In this document: one piece after another, positions 13,440 through 24,659 of the stretch | How the letters are laid out: each line of letters opens with the position of its first letter | Position numbering within the stretch: the stretch's first letter is position 1 | NCBI RefSeq assembly: GCF_000143415.4 | Contig: NW_003314393.1 | Coordinates: 26,199-90,198, forward strand | Source of the DNA: Selaginella moellendorffii | Taxonomy: Eukaryota; Plantae; Lycopodiophyta | Length of the DNA: 64,000 bases | Reading direction: 5' to 3' | Position numbers and translations under genes: made by a program | Notes under the pieces: generated by a model | Told to the model about the DNA's origin: nothing | Databases searched by the model: none | What the model saw: only the letters and a program-made list of their open reading frames with translations

Positions 13440-14429
13440 CAATTCAGTAGCTTGATAAACATGCAAATATAGAACTTGATGCAAAATCCTTTGATATGTC
13501 ACAATGCCCCTAGGACCATAAACACATTTCAATAGAGAGGGTCCTTTCATTTCATAACTCCTTACGTAGATCTTGGTGAAACCAGAGTTAGTGAAGTTAG
13601 TTTCTTGTGATCCCGCATCTGATTGTGATGTCCCTTTGCAGTGTCGATGGAAAGGTCAATGCACACCAAACTGTAAAATCTTGGAGCAAAATAACGGTCA
13701 GATCTATGGCAAATGCCCCTGAAACATTGTAAGGCTCGTGTGGTCTCATGTGGTGTCCGATCGAGATGCTTCTTTGCAGGCTCATCAAAAAAAACATTGT
13801 ATACCATTCTGTAAAATCTAGTTGCGATCTAACGGTTGGATCTCCAGAAAACTCAAAAACATCTCGCGCGTGTCAGAATATCCTAGGAATATACTCCTAT
13901 GTGCCTCTGAAAATGGCATGCGGCCCCACGCCATTCAACATATTCACTGGGATGGCATTACGGCCCCACGCCATTCAAGAGATAACGCCAAATTACGCCG
14001 AGCATTTTTTGGTGCATTTTTTGGGTTCAAAATTGCATGAGCCGACACGCTATAAAATTTATCTTTGCCAAATAAAGAAAAGTTTATCTGTGTCATGTGA
14101 GGTAGTTATAGTCCTTTGTGCTCGGCATCTGCCTCTTGCAGCATTTGCACTGAAAGGGAATTTTTCTCCATTCAGCATTTGGCCCTGAAAATGGCATGCG
14201 CCCACACGCCATTCAAGGAATAACGCCACAGGACGCCTGGATTTTTGGGTTTAAAATGTTTAGGGTTTTTTGGGTTTTTTCAAAATATTTTGGGTCCAAC
14301 ATTTTTTGGGTTTCTTTGGTTCAAAATTGCATGAGCCCACACGCTATAATATTGATTTGAGAGAAAAATAGAAACAGATAGAATTTCTTTATTTATTCAG
14401 TATGTGGCCTCACGCCATTTCCATTGCAG

Positions 14430-17400
14430 GAATTCTCGAGTCTTCTCTCGAAAACACTGGGGGTCAATGACACACTTAGCATCCATAACATTCTACTCAC
14501 GACAAAAGTTGTTTTTGACAAATGGGTGGATGTGCTGAGGAGGTACCATGACAGGGAGTTGCTAAACTCAATGGGTGTGGAGGACGGCCGGAAGCCCAAT
14601 GATTTGAAGCTCAACGCCTTGCGTTTCTCGCGGTCTCTAGACGACGACGACCTTCTGACAGTGGCTAATGCTTTTCTACATGGTGAGGTAGTCTTCAACA
14701 AGACCAAAATGACTCCTGGCCATATTGTGACATACGAGGACTTGTGCACGACTCTGAGAGCTCGTGCGCTATTGAAGGATTGGATCTTCGAGCAAGTGGC
14801 CGTGGAGAGGGTGAGCATCGACACCACGCAAGAGATGATGGAAGAGCTGGAGTTGTCAAATGAAGACATCGACGACTACGTGAAGGGGGACCCCAAGTTC
14901 ATCGATCTACTGCGGGATGCCACGAAAAGTAAAGCTGAGAAGTTGGATCAGTATCCAAATTTCATTAAGAGGGATGTCGACCGCCGGCTTCAGAAATAGC
15001 TCGACCCCGCAGCAGAGGCCTATCGAGAACCTTACCGGGTATACGTGAATTCGGATGAGGATCAAAGGTGGAGGAGCATCGTTTCCCGTGGAGATGAGCA
15101 GGTCAAGAACATCTTTTGTGTGATGGACTTCACAAACGAGGAGATCACTCATGCAGACGAAGTCAGCTCCATCATTGACTTAATGGTGGGACTTGCGGAG
15201 GTGGAATCTTCAGTCCACTATATGATCTACGACTCCGAATCCTATCACAAGTTCTGGAAGGCCTTGAACGAGGTGAAGGCTCGGTTGAAAGGCAAGGAGA
15301 TGCGGGAGATCCATGGGATAATGGCTAAGAAGAAGATACCGACGAATGTCCGCATCTTCACACTCGCCCTTGTTATTGGTCCTGCAGCAGAGTGGGACTG
15401 GAGTGACTTCCCAGCTTCGTTCAACAAAGCCGATCGAATTGATCTGAGGGAGGTCAATTTACCCGTGCCTGAGGAACTGAAGACGGCTATGGAGCTTTCG
15501 AATCCAAAGAAAGCTCCAGGTGCAGCATGGGAAATGCTCAGCTGGGTCTTCAACGCAATAGTGGGTGACTCCAAGGGCAAATGCGTTGTCGAGTACAACT
15601 GCGGCGGACTATTCTTTCGAGCCGCACTACTCAAGGGTGTTCTGTGTGTTGCGGTGACAAACTCTATTGAAGAGGTGACTTCAATGAAGCATATAATTAC
15701 AGTTGCCAAAGAAAAACAGTATCTTCTCTGCGAACCTGGTGAGTATGCACTTTAAGTTAAATGTTATCTCACAAGCTCTGTATGCAGGAGCGTGGCCACC
15801 CCCAGATGCTGAAACGGCGTTAACAGCTACTGTTGGGCCGAGCTCACAACCTGCACAAGGTAAGGTCACGTGAGGCCTCACGCCATTTTGATTATAGATC
15901 GTTGTGAATATTCAGACACGAGGACTGAAAAGCGCACTGGTGGCGCGTCGAAGAAGGACAAACAGACAAGCAATAGGAAAAAAGGAGGTACAAATTATAT
16001 TTGCAATGGTGTGTGGTCTCATGCCATTCCTTGCAGGAGACACTTCTTCAAAGGCAAAACAGGCAAGCACCAGCCAAGCTCAAACTGACAGTGGTCATAA
16101 AAAGCGAAAGCACGTTGGACAGTCGTCGGGATCAAAGGCGTTTGATTCGAAAAGGAAGAAGGGCAACGAAAAGATGATAGGTAATGCCTCGCTGTCACCA
16201 CCTCCTGACTCAGATTCCTATGGCGGATTCCCCTTCCCCAATCTCAATGGAGAGGTACAATGGATGAGGGATGCTTTTCAAGTCAGGGCCACGTTATTCT
16301 CATCTCGTCGTCTTCGAAGGGTGCAAGAACGTGCAGAAACCATGTTAAGACAGTCGGGTGAGGATATGGTCCTAGGTCACGCACTAAAATAGGCTATGGA
16401 TGTCTTGTATTTTGAGATGGAGACTCGGCCAGATGATTTTCCGAAGATGGTCCTGGAAGAACAAGCCATCCAGCTTGAGCAGCCTATGGAAGAAATGCAG
16501 GAGGGGGATGAGGAGCCAGAGAAAGATAATGAGCAGGAAGAGCAGAAGGACGAAGAGGAGGACAAAGAAGAGGAGGACGAAGAAGAGGAGGACAAAGAGG
16601 ACTTGGATGGTCCTCACAATGGTGACGATCACAATAATGACGACGACAATGATGACGACGATGGCCAGCCTGAGGTGGCCAAAGAGCAGCGGAGGAAGGT
16701 CATACAAGACAAACCATCAGGTAAATAATAGTACATCCATTCCTAACCTTTTACCATTTCTAACGTTGTCCATGTAGGTTGCAAAGCAAATGGTAAGTAG
16801 AGATTATTCAGTTGAATTAAGATACAAACTCTAGCCTTTAGTGTCGAGGAAGGATAGTGCCAAGCAAGGGTCGAAACATATGTCCAATACTTCAGAATCA
16901 ACAATGCGCCCAAGTGATATCGATCCTAGTTCCTCAATAGCAGTTGATGGTAAATACAATATAGTCGATTCAATGTGCTAATGAGTTTGTTTTTAGTAGC
17001 CAGTAGGGAGGATACCATCTCAATCGAAGGGAGATATTTGGACATGCATATGGATCCGCCAGTGGACTCTACTTGCCTGCAAGAGTCATCAGAGCTGGTG
17101 GAGGCTACTATCCATATCAACGCCAAGCAAGCTGACCACGCTCCACTTGATGCTGCCCATACCACTGAGTCAATCTTGTCCACGTATCCAACTGACGGTG
17201 ACTAGGCGCCATTGGACCCGCATGAGGCCGCCCCAGCCGCCGAGCCGGTCGTATCCTTATTTCCAACGGACTCAACGTGTGCCCAATCGTCTGACTACGC
17301 GCCGTTGGAACCTCCCTACACCGCCCTTGCTGCCTGTTCGGTCATGTCCACTTTGCCAACGGAGGCACCAGCTGAAATGGCGTGTGATCACACGCCATCG

Positions 17401-18494
17401 GAACCACCCCATGCCACTGTTGAGCCAGTTGTACCAGAGTCTACAGCTGAAATGGCATGTGCCCACATGCCATCGGATGCAATTGACCCCACATTGCAGA
17501 GGAGAGTATTTCCGCCCTTCACGTTTCCTCGACTAAAACCCTCTGAACGACCATCGGGAGCACCATTCGCTAATATTGTAGATGGTAAAATTGACTTATA
17601 CCATTTTTTATGCTGACGCATTTCATTTCAGAATCACGGCGAAAGTATTGTATCGTTTTTGATCTGAATGGTGTCCTTTTCTCCCATGAGCGTGGCTCGT
17701 CCTCGAATGTCACTGCACCCTCCAAAGCCTGCGGTCGCAAGTTGGTCAAAAGAGACAGATTCACATTAATCACACGGGAGAAACTGCGGGATCTAATAAT
17801 GACCATGCGACACTTAAAACAGAGGGCCGGGTTCAATTTGCAATTGGGAGTTTAGACATCCATGATGCGCCACAATGCATTAACGTTGCTACAGATGATG
17901 CACAATCAGACGCGAGTAATATTACCATTTGACTTTCTCCTAACGCAGGAGGATTGCTTGACTATGGTCCATGTGAGGGGTAGCAAGCCCATCTTCGTCA
18001 AGCCAGAGGCTGTAGTGATGAACCGGACTGCTAGGTCAAGTGAGATCCTCATCATCAATAACTCGCTGATTAAAACTGCAGCGAACACGCACACATATGC
18101 AGTGCACCCCATCTCTTGCAGTATGGAAACTAGGGAGAAGAAACCGTATGTTCTGGGGGACCTTGTAAAACGGCTTAGAGCGATGGTGATAGAGAACCAG
18201 CCAGTCCAGGAGGTGGCTGCAGAAATCAACCAAATGGCAGATGGAACGGTATATCAGAAGCCATTTGATCGGACAGACACCAGTCATCATTTATGGCATG
18301 TATATTGTCTAGCCAAGCACTATCCGCATCTCCATAATCTGCTCAACTGGATGGGTTCTTCGACCACTGAACATGAGCGTGGACGTATTAGAGAAGAGAT
18401 GGCATTACTATTGGGTTTAAATCCTGATAGCGTGGAGAGTGATGAAATTCCAAGATTATTGTATAGGCGTTGGAGGCAAAAAATAACAGTCTGA
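14430..18494 (+). pseudogene. Cargo gene (ParB / MTase-like / FCP1-like), copy 1, 5'-deleted
   Basis: Promoter, exons 1-2 and the ParB domain are lost (junction ~14395-14401). Stops at 14997, 16390, 17203 and 17853. A small deletion near 16192 removes an acceptor. Confidence 0.88.
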
Positions 18495-18936
18495 GATGGC
18501 ATGTATTTATTTAAAAATGTAACTTATTATGGCATGGGGTTCCATGCCATTGTATTAATATTAAAAGACAATTCTTTGAGAGGATTTGCATTATACTAGA
18601 AGTGTTACAGCATGTTATTGGAAGTCTACGAAGTTGTTTTATTAATAAGGAGAAAGTAAAGATTGAATGGGGACTTGGGCTCCACCTAGACTCGGAGCAA
18701 CTGAGCCAATATTAAAAGGATGGAAAGAAATTGGACGACGATGACAAGGAGAAGAGAGAGGTGAAGCAGTGGCAAGGGGAGGAGAAGTGATTGAGTAGAC
18801 ATTTCCTTGTTTAAAATAAAATGGCATGTGCCTCAATGCAGTTGAATTTTGTTATATTTATATACTATATAAAGGTTTGGAAACCTTATTTTACAAGTGG
18901 GATAATGACAATTCCCACTTTAACGAAATAGAGCTT

Positions 18937-19430
18937 TCAGGCGAAATATCTCCACCACTAGGCCCTGTCCAAAACTTGATTTCAAACGCCTCGGTCCTTT
19001 CCCTATCACTCCCATCATTAATCCTGTCACTTATCGCCTTGCACTTCCCTCCTCATATCAAATTCACCCCGTTTTTCATTCCTCTCTCCTTGAGCCTTAT
19101 ATTCCTAGTCCTATTCCCAATCGGGTCATTCCTCCACCTCCACCAGTGCAGCTCGAGGATGGGTCTGAGTACGAGGTTCAGGACATCCTTGATTCCAAGA
19201 TTTCACGGTCTAAACTCTACTATCTGGTCGACTGGAAGGGTTACGGGCCTAAAGAACGCACTTGGGAACCTGCGGAGAACCTGATTCATTCTCCTGACCT
19301 TGTTCAGGACTTTCACCACCGCTATCCTAGTCGTCCCAGTCCTTATTCTTTTTCTCCATCTCCCATCCTTTGCCGCTCATCTCATCCTCCTCGTCGTTCT
19401 CATTCACATCCTCGTTCCACTCGTTCTTGA
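18937..19430 (+). pseudogene. 3' end of Ty3/Gypsy pol: integrase C-terminus plus chromodomain (chromovirus, Tcn1-like by inference)
   Basis: Translates RRNISTTRPCPKLDFKRLGPFPI...YRLALPSSYQIHPVFHSSLLEPY...EYEVQDILDSK...YYLVDWKGYGPKERTWEP, i.e. GPF/Y module plus chromodomain. Truncated at its 5' side by the transposon TIR. Confidence 0.92.
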
Positions 19431-19441
19431 GGAGGGGGTGC

Positions 19442-19828
19442 TATCAGGAATCCCCCAATTCTTGCCACATTCCTGACTCTCGCCGGATTCCTGACCTGCA
19501 GACCACATTCCTGATTCTCAAGACACTTCCCTATTCCTGACTCTCAAGACACTTCCCTATTCCTGACTCTCAAGACACTTCCCGATTCCTGAGTCTCGAG
19601 CCACATTCCTGATATTGATGTGGCGCCTCCTCGACCTCAGCTATATTTAGGCCGTCCTCGATCCAAGAGTGGTGAAGCTTCATCAACCTATAGTATATAT
19701 AGGTTAGCCTTGTTTCCATTTCTCCACAATCTGAATCAACACCAGTCTAAGGCCTCTTCTTTGTTTCCACTAGCTTTTCTCTTTGTCTTTAGCCTTTTCT
19801 AGTCTTGATCTTGTTGGGGGTCTTGACA
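19442..19828 (+). repeat. 3' LTR of the chromovirus (~387 bp), containing ~26-bp tandem repeats
   Basis: Follows the PPT GAGGAGGGGGTG (19429-19440). Ends TATCAGGA (mutated TGTCAGGA) ... TCTTGACA. Contains repeats of ATTCCTGACTCTCAAGACACTTCCC. Confidence 0.75.
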
Positions 19829-20249
19829 GAGAGGATAGTGATTATGAGTTTGAGATAAATGTGTGCGTGATGTTATAGTATGTTGTGAGAGCATATATAC
19901 TATTATATTGATCATTGCCTTTGTTTCCATTAGACGCTAGAAAATATATAGGGCATTTCTTAAAAGTTGTAGAATTGTAATTTTCTAAAACAAATAAGAG
20001 GGCATTCTTTTTCACCCAATTTGTTGCGCCCTCTGTCATTCCAAAAGACTACCATGAAATCTTTTTTGAGATGGTAAAGACAGAGATGGAGATATACGAG
20101 CACTATGTATATTATTGCGAAAAGAACACTCACAAGTATATAAAATGAAAAGTAAAATGAAAAAACAAATTTTTATTAATTATATAAAGTATAATAAGTT
20201 TATATTATTGATAGAGAATAAACATCAATAGTGTTGGAGAAATTTAGTT

Positions 20250-23200
20250 AGCTCCAAATATTTTCTGCAACTCAACAATAGTAAGGCTCGCTTGGTGTAT
20301 ATGAATATCCACTTTAGGATCCTAGTGCAAGATGTTAATGAAAATGTAGTATATATGCTTCCAAAGAGCATATGCCTTCCCATGTTCCTCGTGCTTTGTA
20401 AAGTCTAAACATGTGTAAGAAGGAAAGTCTTGAATGTCAATTATGTACTCTCCACCTTTTGTTTTGACTATATACTCCTTTGCAAGCGTAGTGATGTATT
20501 TCGTGAAGAGAATCTCACACTCAAGTGTTTGAGCTAAGTTTATTTTACCCTGTTTCTGCTTGGAGACAGTAGCAATAAATTTAACTGCCTTACTTTTTCT
20601 TGCTAGCCTTCTGTGCATCTTTGTAAAAATAGTCTTGGTTCTATCACTCATGTTTCCAACTCTCCTCTCAAGATTGAAACCATATTTCTCAAAGTTTTCA
20701 ATCTCATCTAAGGTGAGTGCGACCCCATTAGCAACCGGCCATTCTTTAGGTATTGCATCAAGTTTAGGGTTTAGTCACTATAGTGTCTTCAAGCCGCTTC
20801 ATATGGTTGATGTCGGTGTTGCAATAATACAGCCAACACCATCTCAAAAATTTTGCTTGCTTTTGTTCCCCATAGAAATATAGGGCTGGAATAGAAGTAG
20901 ATTTGTCATCACGAATCCAGGCCCAACGCTTGCCCCTCAAAAGCATCCCCACACACCTTTGCATTTGATTTTACTAGCATGCATCGGATTGCATATTGCT
21001 TTAGCTCCATGTTATGGTAAATGGTGATATCCTCACTGGAACATCCTAACTTCCCACCACCCTAACCATAACTTAAGTTGTGGTAGACAACTTACGTTCA
21101 TATGGTGATCTTCACGCCACCACCTTTGGATTTCATTTGCTTTTGCCTCATGCTCTTCTTCAGTGTGAGACACAAAATCCCTAGGCCCCAAAGTGGAGCC
21201 GGAGGGGCACCACGTGGTAGTGGCTGAAGCGAAAGCCAAACGAGCGTAACACGTTTGGACAAAAGCTCCACTTTGAAAGGTCGAGAGCGGGAGTGGAACC
21301 CCTAACAAAGTGCTTGAGGAATGAGCATGAAGCGAGCGATAAGCGAGGCTCCAAAAAGTGACCCAAAAAGGACTAACACATAACACGTGGAAGTGTCCGA
21401 GATGGACCCGAGTTGGAGTCCAAAGTGGAGTCCGAAGTGGAGTCCGAGAAGGACCCCGAGATGGAGTCCGAGGTGGAGTCCGAGGTGGACCCGAGATGGA
21501 TCCGAGATTGAGTCCGAGACAGACCCAAGATGGAGTCCGAGATGGACCCGAAATGGACCCGAGATGGAGTCCGAGATGGACCTGAGATGGAGTCCGAGAT
21601 GGACCCGAGATGGAGTCCGAGATGGACCCGAGATGAAGTCCAAAATGGAGTCCGAGATGGACCCGAGATGGAGTCCGAAGTCGAGACCGAGACCGGGACC
21701 GAGACCGGGACCAAGACTGAGACCGAGATCGGGATCGAGACCGAGACCGAGATCGGGACCGAGACCAAGACTGAGCCCGAGTCCGAGTCCGAGTCCGAGT
21801 CCGAGTCCGAGTCCGAGTCCGAGTCCAAGTCCGAGTCTGAGTCCGAGTCCGAGTCCGAGTTCGAGTCTGAGAGGGTGAAAGCCCAAAGTGTTCGTTTCCT
21901 AGACCCTGGGTGGTTTGGTGAGCTCCAAAAGTATAGTAGGGGGAGGACTGAAGTGGAGCCAGTTTGACCAGGAAAGGCCAGTTTGGCCCAGGAAGGCCGG
22001 ACCCAGTGTTGGGTGATGAGCTGCCCACTGGGAAGTCCAAGACTAGAGTGAACACAAACTGACAAGTAGGGTAGCTTGGTGAAGTGTTCAAGAGCCGGCT
22101 CTAGTTCCCCGGGAGATCGATTGGCCGATGCTCCCAGTCCAAGTGTGGGTGGCACTACCTACTTGGATACCTGTCGTGGCTCAACGAAACCTCGCTCTAA
22201 GCCCATGGCTAGAGCACCTAAAGGTGAAAGGCGGGGAGAGTACCCATGAGGCTTGCGTAAGGCCACGGTGTTTCGAAATGTTGTCCCAAAGTCCCAAACG
22301 GTGAAAGGGAAGAGGAATAGGCCTCTAATGCAGTGACCAATGATATGGTTACATGGTGAGGAAGTCCCAAAGGATAGTGGGACTTAGCGGTCAGGCCTGT
22401 GGGCCTTGATCCAGTGGCAGTGTTGGCAAACACGGCCATGGACTAAAAGGGACTTAGTGGGGACTGGAAAAGAGTTGTCGGGGAACGCTATTCCCCATGT
22501 CTGCGGGCATCCTAAGGATGCTAAGGAGTAGATCTGGGATGATCGCTCATGGACGGATGGCCCAGTCTTTGAGAGACGGGATTATAATGCAGGTGGCGTT
22601 AGACCACCAGTGTGACCAAGGTGAATGGGCATGGCCTAGCGTAACGGGCTGGTATGTCGGTGGTACCTTGGGGTGTTGGTCATGGGATTGGACACGTGGA
22701 GAACTTGGACCAAGTGCAAAGGTTGAGTGGCATGGATGCCATTCTCAGGGCTTGCAAGCCCCAAGTCCTAACTGGGACTTATGGAGGTTGTGAATGAGAC
22801 TCCTCCAAGTGGTCGGAGGTGCAGTTAAGTGACTAAAGTAAAATGGAAAAATTAATCGCTTACATTCAGAAGGTGCAATCTACCATTGTTTGCACAACTT
22901 CTTAAACATTGATTGAAACTTTGGCTTGATAAGGTGGTAGTGTTGGTTTAGGCTTTGAGCCCAATGGAACTCACAAGTCTTCTTAGGACCTTCCAATGGT
23001 TGACCATTCCCAAAAACTGCTTGGACACCATTCCAGTTTGCATTAGCCCCATCTACCATGCAACCGTAAAAGTTTGTAGGCTTACCAGTCTGCTTTAGGA
23101 CAATATTGGAGAGGGACTTCGAAAATATTTCCTAGGCTGTCTGGTCTTGTACATTAAACTATACTATTGCAATTGTCAAGTTATAATGTAGCCTGTGAAA

Positions 23201-24121
23201 ACACAAGTATTACAACAGTTTTAATATAATGAGAATAAAAATTACCTTGGATCATACACATAAGCTCGCACAATTTGATACGCGCTCTATATAGTAAAAA
23301 TGTACCCATGCATTTGCAAGGTCACTAGACCCAAACATGTCCATTCGAGAGACAAGATCTACACCAGAGGTAGGGTCTATTGTAGACATTTTGAAGACGA
23401 AGGGGCACTCTTGCTTATTCATAATTTGGTCTAGAAATAAACTTCTGTGGATGAACTCATATGGACAAGTCTGTTTCAATTCAAGGATAAAGTCAATTTT
23501 TGATTGAAACTTCCCTTCTCAAGATTCACACATCCAAGATTTTATCCTAAACAATATAATGTAAGAAAAAGAGATTATGACAACATATGAAATATAACAG
23601 ACGTACCTCCTTAGGCTAGTAGCATGCATTGTTGCTCTGCCTAAACATCCATCCCGTAGAAGATGCGTCTCCATACCCCTTTTCCTACTTGATAAACTTG
23701 CCGGTGAAAACTCGAAGAATATATTCCCATTATAGGAAGAAAGAAGCTCCTCACCTCTCATATACTGGAACTCCTTCAATTCTAGCTGTAATGAATGAAA
23801 TTGCCAAAATGCTTTATCCACTGCTTCAAAAATTTGTCCAAAAGGAATGCACTTACTTGTCTGGGAAGCTATATCAGGAAGCTCATCTTCTTCATTTTCG
23901 TCCCTTGAGAGAATAACAACTTCATCCTTCACTCCTTGTATAGTTGGCTGTGAAACTGATGTGCTCTCCTCTCTTTGCTTTAGAGATCTTATAAATAGAA
24001 TCTCTTGACCTATACATCTATTAAGATCCCATTGAATCCTATTCTCTCCCACACCACTGTCGAGAGGCTCTTGATCGAACTTCAAATAGAATTCTCTCAT
24101 ATCTTCTCCTTGCTTGAGCAT
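20250..24121 (-). pseudogene. Decayed MULE-like transposase with C-terminal SWIM zinc finger (older element)
   Basis: Minus-strand fragments FVFKMS..SGVDLVSRM; NFYGCMVDGANANWNGVQAVFG..KTCEFHWAQSL (MULE-type D...CxxH); degenerate SWIM YIIDIQDFPSYTCLDF..WKHIYYIF. Many stops; split by a solo LTR. Confidence 0.7.
21164..22864 (+). mobile_element. Solo LTR (1701 bp) of the 3712-10905 family
   Basis: TGTGAGACAC...ATCGCTTACA is the reverse complement of the LTR as read at 3712. 5-bp TSD TTCAG on both sides (21159-21163, 22865-22869). More diverged, with a longer 12-mer tract. Confidence 0.93.
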
Positions 24122-24659
24122 TTAGAAAAAATTTGGGGAGAAACTGACAAGAAAGAACAAAGATATTCTTTTGTATTGTGAGCATTAATTAGCTGTGTCC
24201 TTGCAAAGGACAAGTTAATTATTTTAACAAAATATACAACCGTTTAGAATCTAGAGAGATATGAGAATCTTAAAGAGCCACGCATATTAATTGTATAATT
24301 GATTGTGAGAGGAATAATATTGTTTAAATGAATGTGGTTATAAGCGAGAAATGCCAGTTAGTCACAAAAGTTGTAGCATTGATTGCTTGTTCTCCTTCTC
24401 ATTTCCATGCTCTCTTCCTTTCAAGAGAGTTTCATCCTTTTGTGACAAATGAGAGAGACTCAAGCTCGGAAAGGTTGGTTCGCGCACATTGTAGTTTTCA
24501 ATTTATTTTTCACATCTTTTACTTACAAATTTTTCTTGTGAGAGCAGATATAAATCAAGCTTGACTACCTAAACCTTCCAACAAGGGACTTGAACTTAAA
24601 ATGCCACCGGTTTGCTTTACATTACAAGTTAAATGTTATAATATTTTTGCTTTTTATTT

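Larger units (their letters stand above)
242..18936. mobile_element. Sola-like DNA transposon, copy 1 (defective: LTR-element insertion, ~2.1-kb internal deletion, no matching TSD)
   Basis: Left TIR ATGCTCTATTTCGTTAAAGTGGGA (242-265, one mismatch) and right TIR TCCCACTTTAACGAAATAGAGCTT (18913-18936). Near-identical to copies 2 and 3 along its length. Confidence 0.93.
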
